From a virus: a stretch of 41,281 bases of DNA. A program made the position numbers and the translations under genes. The notes beneath the pieces were generated by a model, which saw only the letters and a list, made by a program, of their open reading frames with translations, was not told where the DNA came from and ran no database searches. Shown here in pieces: positions 14,623 to 21,799 of the stretch; within the stretch, counting starts at the first letter, position 1; the number at the start of each line of letters is the position of its first letter. Location of the stretch: positions 1 through 41,281 of IMG/VR virus record IMGVR_UViG_3300020215_000037. The stretch is one strand, 5' to 3'.

Positions 14623-14862
14623 TTATTCGAGGTTGTGTTGACTGGCGTATTCAGGGGCGACCCAATCACAGCGCTCATAGGCGGCTTGTTCTCGGGCCAT
14701 TGCTTCAGGAGAGGTGAAATCCACACTCAGGACGGCTTGGGATGCGTCGTCATTGGTGCCACCGTGACCAGCGGTAGCTCCTGGGTGGGATTTCAAAATG
14801 GATGGCTGTACCTTTTCAGGTAGTCCGGCGTAGACGATGGAGGCGGCTTGGCGGAGAGTCAT
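14623..14862 (-). CDS. Hypothetical protein (79 aa; internal start)
   Basis: ATG 14862 is ATGA-coupled to the stop of 14859-15200. Confidence 0.45.
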   Translation of the reverse strand: MTLRQAASIVYAGLPEKVQPSILKSHPGATAGHGGTNDDASQAVLSVDFTSPEAMAREQAAYERCDWVAPEYASQHNLE

Positions 14863-15200
14863 AGCCTTCCTCCCGCCTTCACGAGGACGCGATTGAGTTC
14901 CACGAGCGCCGCGTGAGGCTGCCCACATTTGGATGGGAGGAATTTGGGATCTTTGCGCATGAGCTTTCCCATAAGCGTTTCAATGGCCGTTCTGGCACCG
15001 ACACATGCCGCTTCAAGCTCTGGGGCGGTCTTCACTAAAGAGGCGTTGCCGCGCTCGACGAAACAGACCGTTCTTCCTGTTGAATCGACGATCAAAATCA
15101 AATGCCGAACATGGGGGTGCCCCCTCCATGGGCCTGGTCCGCGCTTGGATCTAGCTAGGCGTTTTTTGCCGTTATTTCGGTGGGTAGAATTTGCCTTCAT
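14859..15200 (-). CDS. First gene of the leftward early operon, hypothetical basic protein (113 aa)
   Basis: It follows the 277-nt regulatory region 15201-15477. Confidence 0.5.
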   Translation of the reverse strand: MKANSTHRNNGKKRLARSKRGPGPWRGHPHVRHLILIVDSTGRTVCFVERGNASLVKTAPELEAACVGARTAIETLMGKLMRKDPKFLPSKCGQPHAALVELNRVLVKAGGRL

Positions 15201-15255
15201 GTGCTTTTGGAAGTTTCTTCCTAGGAAAAAATTTACTGGTGGTTATGCCGCAAAA

Positions 15256-15367
15256 GTGCAGCCGTGAATGGTTGCGTAGGCCGTCCTGTAGAGGGGAAAA
15301 CCCCTTGGACAGACATCCAAGTCACGGCTGCACAAATTGGCAGCCCCAGTGGGAAGTGGCCTACGCA
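15256..15367. promoter_or_regulatory. Structured leader element with interleaved long-range complementarities
   Basis: The 12-nt GTGCAGCCGTGA (15256-15267) pairs with TCACGGCTGCAC (15322-15333). The 10-nt TGCGTAGGCC (15273-15282) pairs with GGCCTACGCA (15358-15367). There is an inner hairpin AGGGGAAAACCCCT (15292-15305) and a competing hairpin GGCTGC/GCAGCC (15326-15345). Confidence 0.45.
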
Positions 15368-15377
15368 TGGGAGCATC

Positions 15378-15413
15378 ATTATCATATTGATAATATCTGT
15401 CAATCATTTTGAT
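15378..15413. promoter_or_regulatory. Operator-like block OL: palindrome TTATCATATTGATAA plus ATCATTTTGAT
   Basis: A near-identical ~36-nt block recurs at 17376-17412, over the repressor start codon. Confidence 0.55.
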
Positions 15414-15477
15414 AAAGAAAAATGAAAAAAGATTTCTTAGAGCTAGCGAACGAACAAAGACGCTGTAGATTTCAGCA

Positions 15478-15963
15478 ATGAAATTCCAACTGTTGTTGCC
15501 TGTGATTATTTCTATTGCGCTTTCAGGATGCTCAACAAGCTATGAAGGCGGTTCATCAGCGATGCGACTGCAAGATGACATTTTTCAAGTCAGCTTTGAC
15601 GGAAACGGATATACAGATAGAGCGGAAGCGGGAGATTTCGCGCTTCTTAGAGCTGCTGACACTACCATTGAAAACGGCTATCGGTACTTTGTTGTTCTTG
15701 ACGAACGAGACTTGTCCAGGAGCGGCTCATTTACAACGCCCATGAGTTCTCAAACGCGAGGGGCGGCTCAAGTCAGAGGCAATCAACTTCGATACTCTGA
15801 AACAACTCAATACCATGGAGGCGACACCATTAATTTTGTGCTGCCCAACAAGACCTATATGATTCGCGCATTCAAAGAAAAACCATCTACCGAAAACATG
15901 GTTTTTAATGCTCAAGACCTTTCCGAGAATCTTCGCAAGAAGTACGACATCAAATCGAAATAA
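15478..15963 (+). CDS. Lipoprotein (CC0125/CC1285-like pattern)
   Basis: MKFQLLLPVIISIALSGC has a lipobox LSG|C. FQVSFDGNGYTDRAEAGDFALLRAADTTIENGYRYFVV resembles that lipoprotein family. Confidence 0.65.
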   Translation: MKFQLLLPVIISIALSGCSTSYEGGSSAMRLQDDIFQVSFDGNGYTDRAEAGDFALLRAADTTIENGYRYFVVLDERDLSRSGSFTTPMSSQTRGAAQVRGNQLRYSETTQYHGGDTINFVLPNKTYMIRAFKEKPSTENMVFNAQDLSENLRKKYDIKSK

Positions 15964-16099
15964 TGCGTCCGACGCAGAGAGAGATCCGAACACCGCCCCC
16001 CTGCTCGTGCGACGCGTTTTCTCGCAAAGGACTTGTTCTCCTCATTTTTCTGTTTTAAAGTCTCAACATGAAGCTGGGTCAAAAAACTACTCCAATTCG

Positions 16100-16771
16100 A
16101 TGTTACGTCCCGCCGAGAATCGTGAAAGACTTTGCTGGCGTGCGTGGCCGTGTCATGAATGTGGTAAGGGCCTCTCCCCAGTCAGTCACCTTATCGGATG
16201 TATTGACTCAGATAAGTCAGTTCGGACAGACAGCTTCGAAGTCAGGTGCAAAAAGCAGGTAGGCTGGCTCCAGAGATGGGTAGGTGAATGCCCCCATATC
16301 GGGGAGCATGTGCTCTCTTTAACAAAGGTCGGCGAAGGCTCTGAGCACAGGGTTTATGCGGACGATGCGCGAGCTAAAGTTTACAAGGCAACCTTGAGGA
16401 ATGTTTATGGAGACTGGTATTTTTTGGACGAAAATAATTTAGTCCATCAGGCTAGCTGCACGCCGATTGATTATCTCATTCGTTTGCATATTTGGGATAA
16501 ACTTTTCGGCTCTTTCCCAACGGCGCTCGGCATCACTGAGGCAGGTCAGATTGTCTCCATCCAGGACTTCATCCAGGGCGCAGAGCCAACACAGGAAGCT
16601 GTAGACGCTTTCCTGGAATCAGCAAACTTGACCCCAGTAAAAAAATCCCGATGGCTCTGGAAGCGCGATTACCCCGAAATCTCAGTGTGGGTAGGCGATG
16701 CACGGTGCGATAATTTTGTCACTACTGAGGCAGGGATCGCTCCGATTGATATTCGCCTTTGGTTTACTTAA
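16100..16771 (+). CDS. Atypical protein-kinase-like protein (polyvalent-protein kinase-like); N-terminus uncertain
   Basis: Motifs are VGEGSEHRVY (G-loop), AKVYKAT (Lys), DYLIRLHIWDKLFG, IVSIQDFIQGAEPT, VGDARCDNFV (catalytic-loop-like) and APIDIRL (metal-binding Asp). ORF 16068-16262 in another frame may supply the true N-terminus. Confidence 0.5.
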   Translation: MLRPAENRERLCWRAWPCHECGKGLSPVSHLIGCIDSDKSVRTDSFEVRCKKQVGWLQRWVGECPHIGEHVLSLTKVGEGSEHRVYADDARAKVYKATLRNVYGDWYFLDENNLVHQASCTPIDYLIRLHIWDKLFGSFPTALGITEAGQIVSIQDFIQGAEPTQEAVDAFLESANLTPVKKSRWLWKRDYPEISVWVGDARCDNFVTTEAGIAPIDIRLWFT

Positions 16772-16798
16772 TCCTACCTTTTTACTAAAGCTGTTCCG

Positions 16799-17383
16799 TC
16801 AATAGCGTGATTTTTTGGGATCAATCAGCAACTCACGGCTACTTCTCTCGTCGTTCGTAATCCATTGTTTTACGTTTGGCCATTCGGCACCCCAAATATT
16901 AAGACCCGCAAGCTCTAAAACGGCTATCCGTTTTTCGTCATTTAAACTCGTGCGGTAATCAGATCGAAAATCGCGCATCCATTGTTCAACTGGGGTGCGG
17001 TGTTTTTTATATGTTGAAACTGTAATTCTGGGGTCAATCAGCTCTTCAACAGTAATATCAAACGTGTGACAAATTATCCGAACTTTTGCCATTGGAATTG
17101 GGCGCGCACCGGTCAGGTACGGGTAGAACGAAGATCTTGGGATGCCACAATAGTCCGCAGCTCCTTTTGCATCATATCCATGGTCTTCAATCAACTGTCT
17201 TAACCTCGAAGCAATTCTCGCCTGCTCTTGTAATTGCTCTGGAGACGGCGGCTGCTTTGGCAGTCTTTTAGAGCTCTTCACGTCAGCTTTTTTCACAAAC
17301 CTGTTACTATCCTGATTCAGGACTCCTAATACAATAGGGGAAGCACCCCAGTTGTTGCATAGGGGAATCCAAAAAATTATCAT
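16799..17383 (-). CDS. XRE/CI-type phage repressor
   Basis: The HTH is IASRLRQLIEDHGYDAKGAADYCGIPRSSFYPYLTGARPIPMAKVRIICHTFDITVEELI. The gene is divergent from the xis-like gene, and an operator palindrome overlaps its ATG. Confidence 0.75.
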   Translation of the reverse strand: MIIFWIPLCNNWGASPIVLGVLNQDSNRFVKKADVKSSKRLPKQPPSPEQLQEQARIASRLRQLIEDHGYDAKGAADYCGIPRSSFYPYLTGARPIPMAKVRIICHTFDITVEELIDPRITVSTYKKHRTPVEQWMRDFRSDYRTSLNDEKRIAVLELAGLNIWGAEWPNVKQWITNDERSSRELLIDPKKSRY

Positions 17384-17412
17384 AATGATATTGACTCTGT
17401 TATCATTTTGAT
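17376..17412. promoter_or_regulatory. Operator-like block OR: palindrome TATCATAATGATA plus ATCATTTTGAT, with TTGACT between them
   Basis: Sequence is ATTATCATAATGATATTGACTCTGTTATCATTTTGAT. The block at 15378-15413 is ATTATCATATTGATAATATCTGTCAATCATTTTGAT. Confidence 0.55.
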
Positions 17413-17577
17413 TAGTAGTTCACCCCATAGCGGAGCCGAGCAGCTCGCGGAGAGAGAAAATGAACGAATTTGTAATTTTTCAGTTGTCTACGGCGGTGAG
17501 GCCAAAAGCCTCGTTGTTGCATGTCTCATGCTCTCTCAATCCTGCTCGGATCGCCGTGGGCAACTGATTTTTTCACC

Positions 17578-17922
17578 ATGAAACCAGCCACTACTAATTG
17601 TGAACTTCTCCGGGCCTGTGAGCTTGCCCCTCTGATTGGCAAGTCTGCTTGGTGGGTCTGTGCGGCTCGAAAGGCCGGGATGCCCTTTTTCTGTGATGTG
17701 ATCACCTACAAGGACGCGGTCAAATGGATGCGGGCGAATCCTGATTTTAACGCGCAGGCGCAGTTTCCGACGAAGGCGCGAAAACCAAGGCCGTCACACA
17801 AGAGGAAAGGTCTTCCACTTTCAACCGCTGATAAATCCGATGAACTTCCACCGACGAATGCCCAACATAGCCCATTGCATCCCGCTCCGAGACCGTCTTT
17901 GAGCGAGCAAGCCTCGAAATAA
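17578..17922 (+). CDS. Excisionase/AlpA-MerR-like HTH protein
   Basis: LLRACELAPLIGKSAWWVCAARKAGMPFF...TYKDAVKWMRANPDF. The low-complexity basic tail overlaps the 3' end of int on the opposite strand. The start may be 17521 or 17578. Confidence 0.45.
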   Translation: MKPATTNCELLRACELAPLIGKSAWWVCAARKAGMPFFCDVITYKDAVKWMRANPDFNAQAQFPTKARKPRPSHKRKGLPLSTADKSDELPPTNAQHSPLHPAPRPSLSEQASK

Positions 17923-18817
17923 CAGTTACGCGCGTGCAATGAAAGCAATACTGAGGCAATCCAATCTTGCGAAAAAAGCGAGTCCATTGGGTGGAAGGTT
18001 GGGACGCGCAAGAAGGCTCCCAAGTGACTTTGCGCTTTTCGGCTTTCAACTTTTTCACAAGAGGGACGAGGCCCTGATGCAATTTAGTCGTGAAGACCTT
18101 CTTTCCTTTGGCGTGGAATTGAATCTCCATTTTCTCAAGGTCGATATGCTCCAGGGGGAGGGAAGTCTCCATGAGTCGGCAGCCTTGATGAAGGCCGATT
18201 TCAAAGGAAATTTGCATCCACTCCGGCCAATCCTTGAGGCCCGCGCGGATCTTCTCAATATCCGTTTCAGTGATCTCAGGCTTGATCTTTGGAGCATCCT
18301 TTTTAATCCCCAGCTCAGCGCATGGGTTGGCCATCGTGAGGTGAAAACGTCGGATAGCCTGCTTCATGAGGAGCTTCAAAACTCGCAGCTCATAAAGGGC
18401 GGTGTTTTTACTGGCGCCCTTTTTCAAGACGGAATGCTTCTTGCGCCAGGGGAAGTAGTCCATCACATGCTCATAGGCGACATGTCGAGGGCTGAGGATC
18501 TCCTTTTCCTTCAAGTAAACGGAAAGGCTGTTCCATGCGCTCTGGTATCGGGTATGAGTTTTACTTTCCTTGGGGTATTGCAGATTGAGGAAGTCCTGAA
18601 CCCAGGCGCCCCAAGCCTCTCCGGAGCTCGCAGAGCCATTCCTAAGCTCATTGGCGGTGGTTGTGGCGCAGAGCTGCTTGGCTTGATTAGTCTGCTTTTT
18701 ATCGTCCCATCGGAAGACTGTTGGTTTTCCAGACCAGTTGCCTTTCCCGTCCTTGGCCTTGATGTACCAAAAGGGAGATTTTTTAATCGTGTAGAGGCTC
18801 GCCATGGAGTTCACCAT
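17747..18817 (-). CDS. int: Tyrosine recombinase (phage integrase)
   Basis: Catalytic signature: GCRLMET (Arg I), FHCTRVT (H-x-x-R) and GHSSVEVHRIY (His/Tyr). It is adjacent to the attP candidate. Confidence 0.85.
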   Translation of the reverse strand: MVNSMASLYTIKKSPFWYIKAKDGKGNWSGKPTVFRWDDKKQTNQAKQLCATTTANELRNGSASSGEAWGAWVQDFLNLQYPKESKTHTRYQSAWNSLSVYLKEKEILSPRHVAYEHVMDYFPWRKKHSVLKKGASKNTALYELRVLKLLMKQAIRRFHLTMANPCAELGIKKDAPKIKPEITETDIEKIRAGLKDWPEWMQISFEIGLHQGCRLMETSLPLEHIDLEKMEIQFHAKGKKVFTTKLHQGLVPLVKKLKAEKRKVTWEPSCASQPSTQWTRFFRKIGLPQYCFHCTRVTVISRLARSKTVSERDAMGYVGHSSVEVHRIYQRLKVEDLSSCVTALVFAPSSETAPAR

Positions 18818-18826
18818 AGTTCACCA
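18808..18826 (+). repeat. Two tandem AGTTCACCA repeats (arm-type Int-binding site candidates)
   Basis: AGTTCACCA at 18808-18816 and at 18818-18826. They overlap the int start codon. Confidence 0.5.
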
Positions 18827-18903
18827 AGAAATCAAAATCTAGCCCATTTAAGCCCTAACCTTACCTATGGGCCACAAATTAAACCAAAGACATCTCACCT
18901 GGC

Positions 18904-18941
18904 TACGAAACGCAAGCGCTCTACCACTGAGCTAAGCGCGC
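18904..18941 (-). other. tRNA gene 5' half (acceptor stem, D-arm and anticodon stem, into the loop); attP core candidate
   Basis: The minus strand reads GCGCGCT TA GCTC AGTGGTA GAGC G CTTGC GTTTCGT. T8, A14, G18G19 and A21 are in place. Downstream sequence has no anticodon-stem complement and no T-arm. Confidence 0.55.
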
Positions 18942-18956
18942 TGGGTAAATTTGGTG

Positions 18957-18976
18957 AGTTCACCAAAAGTTCACCA
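18957..18976 (+). repeat. Two more AGTTCACCA repeats on the other side of the tRNA-like core
   Basis: AGTTCACCA at 18957-18965 and at 18968-18976, in the same orientation as the first pair. Confidence 0.5.
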
Positions 18977-19156
18977 AAACCCGCCCTTTCCAGCCGTCTG
19001 AAAGGGCTCCAAGTGACCGAAAGCCTGCCCTGTCAGGGGCGGCGTTTCAACTCCTTTTTCCCGCCGCGCCACGTGGCCCCCTGTACTTCGGCTTTTGCTC
19101 GTCCAGGGCATTCCTGTGGAGCGGCGGCGTCTTTTCTCAACCTTAACTAAATCCCC

Positions 19157-19912
19157 ATGCCCCACGAATTGACCAATCACCAAATATCCGAACTTAAGAA
19201 ATGTGAAACCATTATTGAGCGGGGTAAGGATACCTTTGTCGAGTGCGGGATTGCCATCGCCAGAATTAAGGATGAGAGGCTTTACCGCCAGGATCACAAC
19301 TCCTTTGACGAGTACTGCAAGGCGCGTTGGGGATGGGGGAAAGCGTATGCCTATCACTTGATTGGAGCGGCTGAGGTCAAAAAGTCACCGATCGGTGACT
19401 CCATCCAAAATATGGAGCAGGCGAAAGCGATTCTCAAAGTTCCAGAGGAGAAGCGAGCTGAAGTCATGGAGAAGGCTGCAAAGGCCGGACCTGTGACAGG
19501 GAAGAGCATCGCCCAGGCGGCGGAGCCGGAGCTTGAGGACGAGGAGCCCGTCATTGAGTTGGATAAAACGGGATGGCCGATTCCTGATAAGGCGCTACCT
19601 CTCTTTAAGCGGTCTGGCGAGGTTCAAGAGATTCTTTCGGCTCTCAGTAAAATTAAAGGCGCCATCAAGAAGGCTCAGGATGAAAAGGACCCGCTTTATG
19701 CAGAGCTGACCTTTTCTACCGTCATCACGCATCTTGAGAATTCCTATCGGACGATTAAATGCGCTCTGCCGTATGCGGTTTGCACGAGTTGTCAGGGGCA
19801 TCAGGCGTCTAAATGCACTCTTTGCAAGGGCAAGGGGTCGATTAGTCAATTTGCTTGGGAGACATTCGTTCCCAAAGACATCAAGGCGATTCGGGAAAAG
19901 GCTAAGAAATGA
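19157..19912 (+). CDS. DNA-binding protein (ParB-C/HTH-like) with a DnaJ-type CxxCxGxG zinc finger; possible replication initiator
   Basis: FVECGIAIARIKDERLYRQDHNSFDEYCKARWGWGKAYAYHLIGAAEV. The C-terminus has CTSCQGHQASKCTLCKGKG. It is the first gene of the replication operon. Confidence 0.45.
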   Translation: MPHELTNHQISELKKCETIIERGKDTFVECGIAIARIKDERLYRQDHNSFDEYCKARWGWGKAYAYHLIGAAEVKKSPIGDSIQNMEQAKAILKVPEEKRAEVMEKAAKAGPVTGKSIAQAAEPELEDEEPVIELDKTGWPIPDKALPLFKRSGEVQEILSALSKIKGAIKKAQDEKDPLYAELTFSTVITHLENSYRTIKCALPYAVCTSCQGHQASKCTLCKGKGSISQFAWETFVPKDIKAIREKAKK

Positions 19913-21567
19913 TTTCCTTACGGCCTTACCAGACCCAGGCAGTCGAGAGCGTCTTCGAGGAATGGAAGGAGAAACGCTCGACGTTGATTGTTGAGCCTAC
20001 CGGATGCGGGAAGACCACGATTTTTACAGAGGTTATCCGTAGGGCTCAGCCTCGCAGGGCTATCGTCTTGACGCATCGGGAGGAGCTTTTGACGCAGGCT
20101 GCCCGTCGAATTGAGTCTCAGGCAAATGTGACGTGTGACATTGAGATGGGGAATCTTCGGGCTTCAACAAGTCTCTTCTCCCGCTCTGAATGTATCGTTG
20201 CGACGGTGCAGAGCCTTTATTCAGGGGGAGAGGGAGAAGAGAGGATGCTTAAGTTCCGCCCGCAAGACTTTGGGCTTTTGATATGTGATGAGGCACACCA
20301 TTACACCTCCCCTTCTTTCAGGAAGGTGATTGATTACTTCCGCCAGAATCCAGAGCTGAAGGTTTTGGGGGTTACGGCGACCCCAGACAGGACGGATGAA
20401 CAGGCTCTGGGACAAATCTTTGAATCAGTCGCCCATGACTATGAAATCTTGGACGCGATTCATGATGGGTGGCTTGTGCCCGTTCAACAACAGATGGTGG
20501 AGGTTCAAAGCCTCGATTTCTCGAAGGTTCGGACGACGGCGGGAGATTTGAATGGGGCAGACCTGGCAGCGCTCATGGAGGCCGAAGAAACCCTGCAAGG
20601 GGTGGCTTCTTCGAGCATTGAGATTATCGGAGGGAGGCGGACTCTTGCTTTTACCTCTTCGGTGAAGCACGCGGAAATGCTTTGCGATATTTTCAACCGT
20701 CATCGTCCCGACATGGCGGCTTGGGTATGCGGAGCGACGCATAAGCAGTTAAGGCGGGAGACGCTTGAAAAGTTTTCATCAGGACAAACGCAGGTACTCG
20801 TCAATTGTGGCGTCCTGACCGAAGGCTTCGACTGTCCGCAAGTGGAAGTGATCATTCAGGCTCGGCCTACCAAGTCCCGTTGCCTTTACGCGCAGATTAT
20901 TGGGCGGAGCTTGCGACCGTTGCCCGGAATTGTGGATGGGCTTGAGACGCCAGAGGAGAGGACGACGGCCATCAAGCAGAGTCAGAAGCCTTCAGCTTTG
21001 ATCGTGGATTTCGTTGGGAATGCGGGGCGACACAAGCTCATGACGACCGCAGATATTCTTGGCGGCAATGTCAGCGATGAAGCCATTGAGAACGCGGTTA
21101 AGAGGGCTACCAAAGAAGGCAAGTCGGTCAACATGGTCGATATGCTGGAGGCCGAAGAGGAGAGGTTGCGAAGATTCGAAGAGCTTCGAAGGAAAGAGGC
21201 TGCACGCAAGGCGCATCTTGTCGGGAAAGCAACCTTCTCCACGCGCACAGTAGATGCTTTCGACGCTTATCAAATGGAGCCTACTAGATCTCGGGGATGG
21301 GATGACGGCAAGAGGCTTTCGGAAAAGCAAAATGGGGTTCTCCTGAAAGCGGGAATCAATCCTGAAGGGCTCCCCTATGCTCAGGCAAAGCAACTCCTCA
21401 ATGAACAGTTCCGCAGGTGGAATCAGAAGCTTTGCACCTACAAGCAGGCCAAACTTTTACAGAAACACGGATATCAAACCAAAGATTTGCCTATGACGGA
21501 AGCCAGTAGGCTAATCGATGCCCTTGCCAAGAACGGATGGCGAAAGCCTCAGGAGATGGCCGCATGA
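19909..21567 (+). CDS. SF2 DEAD/DEAH-box DNA helicase
   Basis: Motifs are PTGCGKT (I), ICDEAHH (II), GVTATP (III) and QIIGRSLR (VI). Confidence 0.85.
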   Translation: MISLRPYQTQAVESVFEEWKEKRSTLIVEPTGCGKTTIFTEVIRRAQPRRAIVLTHREELLTQAARRIESQANVTCDIEMGNLRASTSLFSRSECIVATVQSLYSGGEGEERMLKFRPQDFGLLICDEAHHYTSPSFRKVIDYFRQNPELKVLGVTATPDRTDEQALGQIFESVAHDYEILDAIHDGWLVPVQQQMVEVQSLDFSKVRTTAGDLNGADLAALMEAEETLQGVASSSIEIIGGRRTLAFTSSVKHAEMLCDIFNRHRPDMAAWVCGATHKQLRRETLEKFSSGQTQVLVNCGVLTEGFDCPQVEVIIQARPTKSRCLYAQIIGRSLRPLPGIVDGLETPEERTTAIKQSQKPSALIVDFVGNAGRHKLMTTADILGGNVSDEAIENAVKRATKEGKSVNMVDMLEAEEERLRRFEELRRKEAARKAHLVGKATFSTRTVDAFDAYQMEPTRSRGWDDGKRLSEKQNGVLLKAGINPEGLPYAQAKQLLNEQFRRWNQKLCTYKQAKLLQKHGYQTKDLPMTEASRLIDALAKNGWRKPQEMAA

Positions 21568-21773
21568 ATTCTAGGTTTGAAACTTCGAAGAAAAGCCTGC
21601 TTTGCAATGCAAAGTTACAGCCTTCAAGCTTAACTCCCAGCCACTCCGATAAGGAAATCATTGAGAGCGGCTCGACTGTGTTACCGCAGAGAGGACCCGA
21701 CTCAACAGGCGACGGTTACTCGGAGAAAGGCACGACTCAAGACCAACTTCATGACCACGCTTCTGTAAGATAG
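21564..21773 (+). CDS. Possible small protein (69 aa)
   Basis: The ATG is ATGA-coupled to the helicase stop. The composition is Ser/Thr-rich, so coding status is uncertain. Confidence 0.25.
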   Translation: MNSRFETSKKSLLCNAKLQPSSLTPSHSDKEIIESGSTVLPQRGPDSTGDGYSEKGTTQDQLHDHASVR

Positions 21774-21799
21774 GGAGCAAAAAAAGTCTGTCAAGCTTA

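Noticed and set aside
15191-15412. 73-aa + strand ORF covering the early regulatory region.
   Set aside because: It spans the inverted repeats and the operator block. Its composition (W/C/R/H-rich) is not protein-like, so the region is better explained as regulatory or structured RNA.
15908-16099. The N-terminal 64 codons of track ORF 15908-16771.
   Set aside because: This part overlaps the lipoprotein gene 3' end and reads as Arg/Ser-rich low complexity. ATG 16100, or a fusion with ORF 16068-16262, is more plausible.
18860-18945. A complete tRNA gene next to int.
   Set aside because: Only positions 1-38 fold. No complementary anticodon-stem strand, T-arm or acceptor 3' strand follows.
17939-19150. 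403-aa + strand ORF, the longest unexplained ORF in the track.
   Set aside because: It runs antisense to the motif-complete integrase and then through the attP repeats and the tRNA fragment. Its translation is low-complexity Leu/Ser/Arg-rich with no motifs. It looks like a stop-depleted antisense frame.
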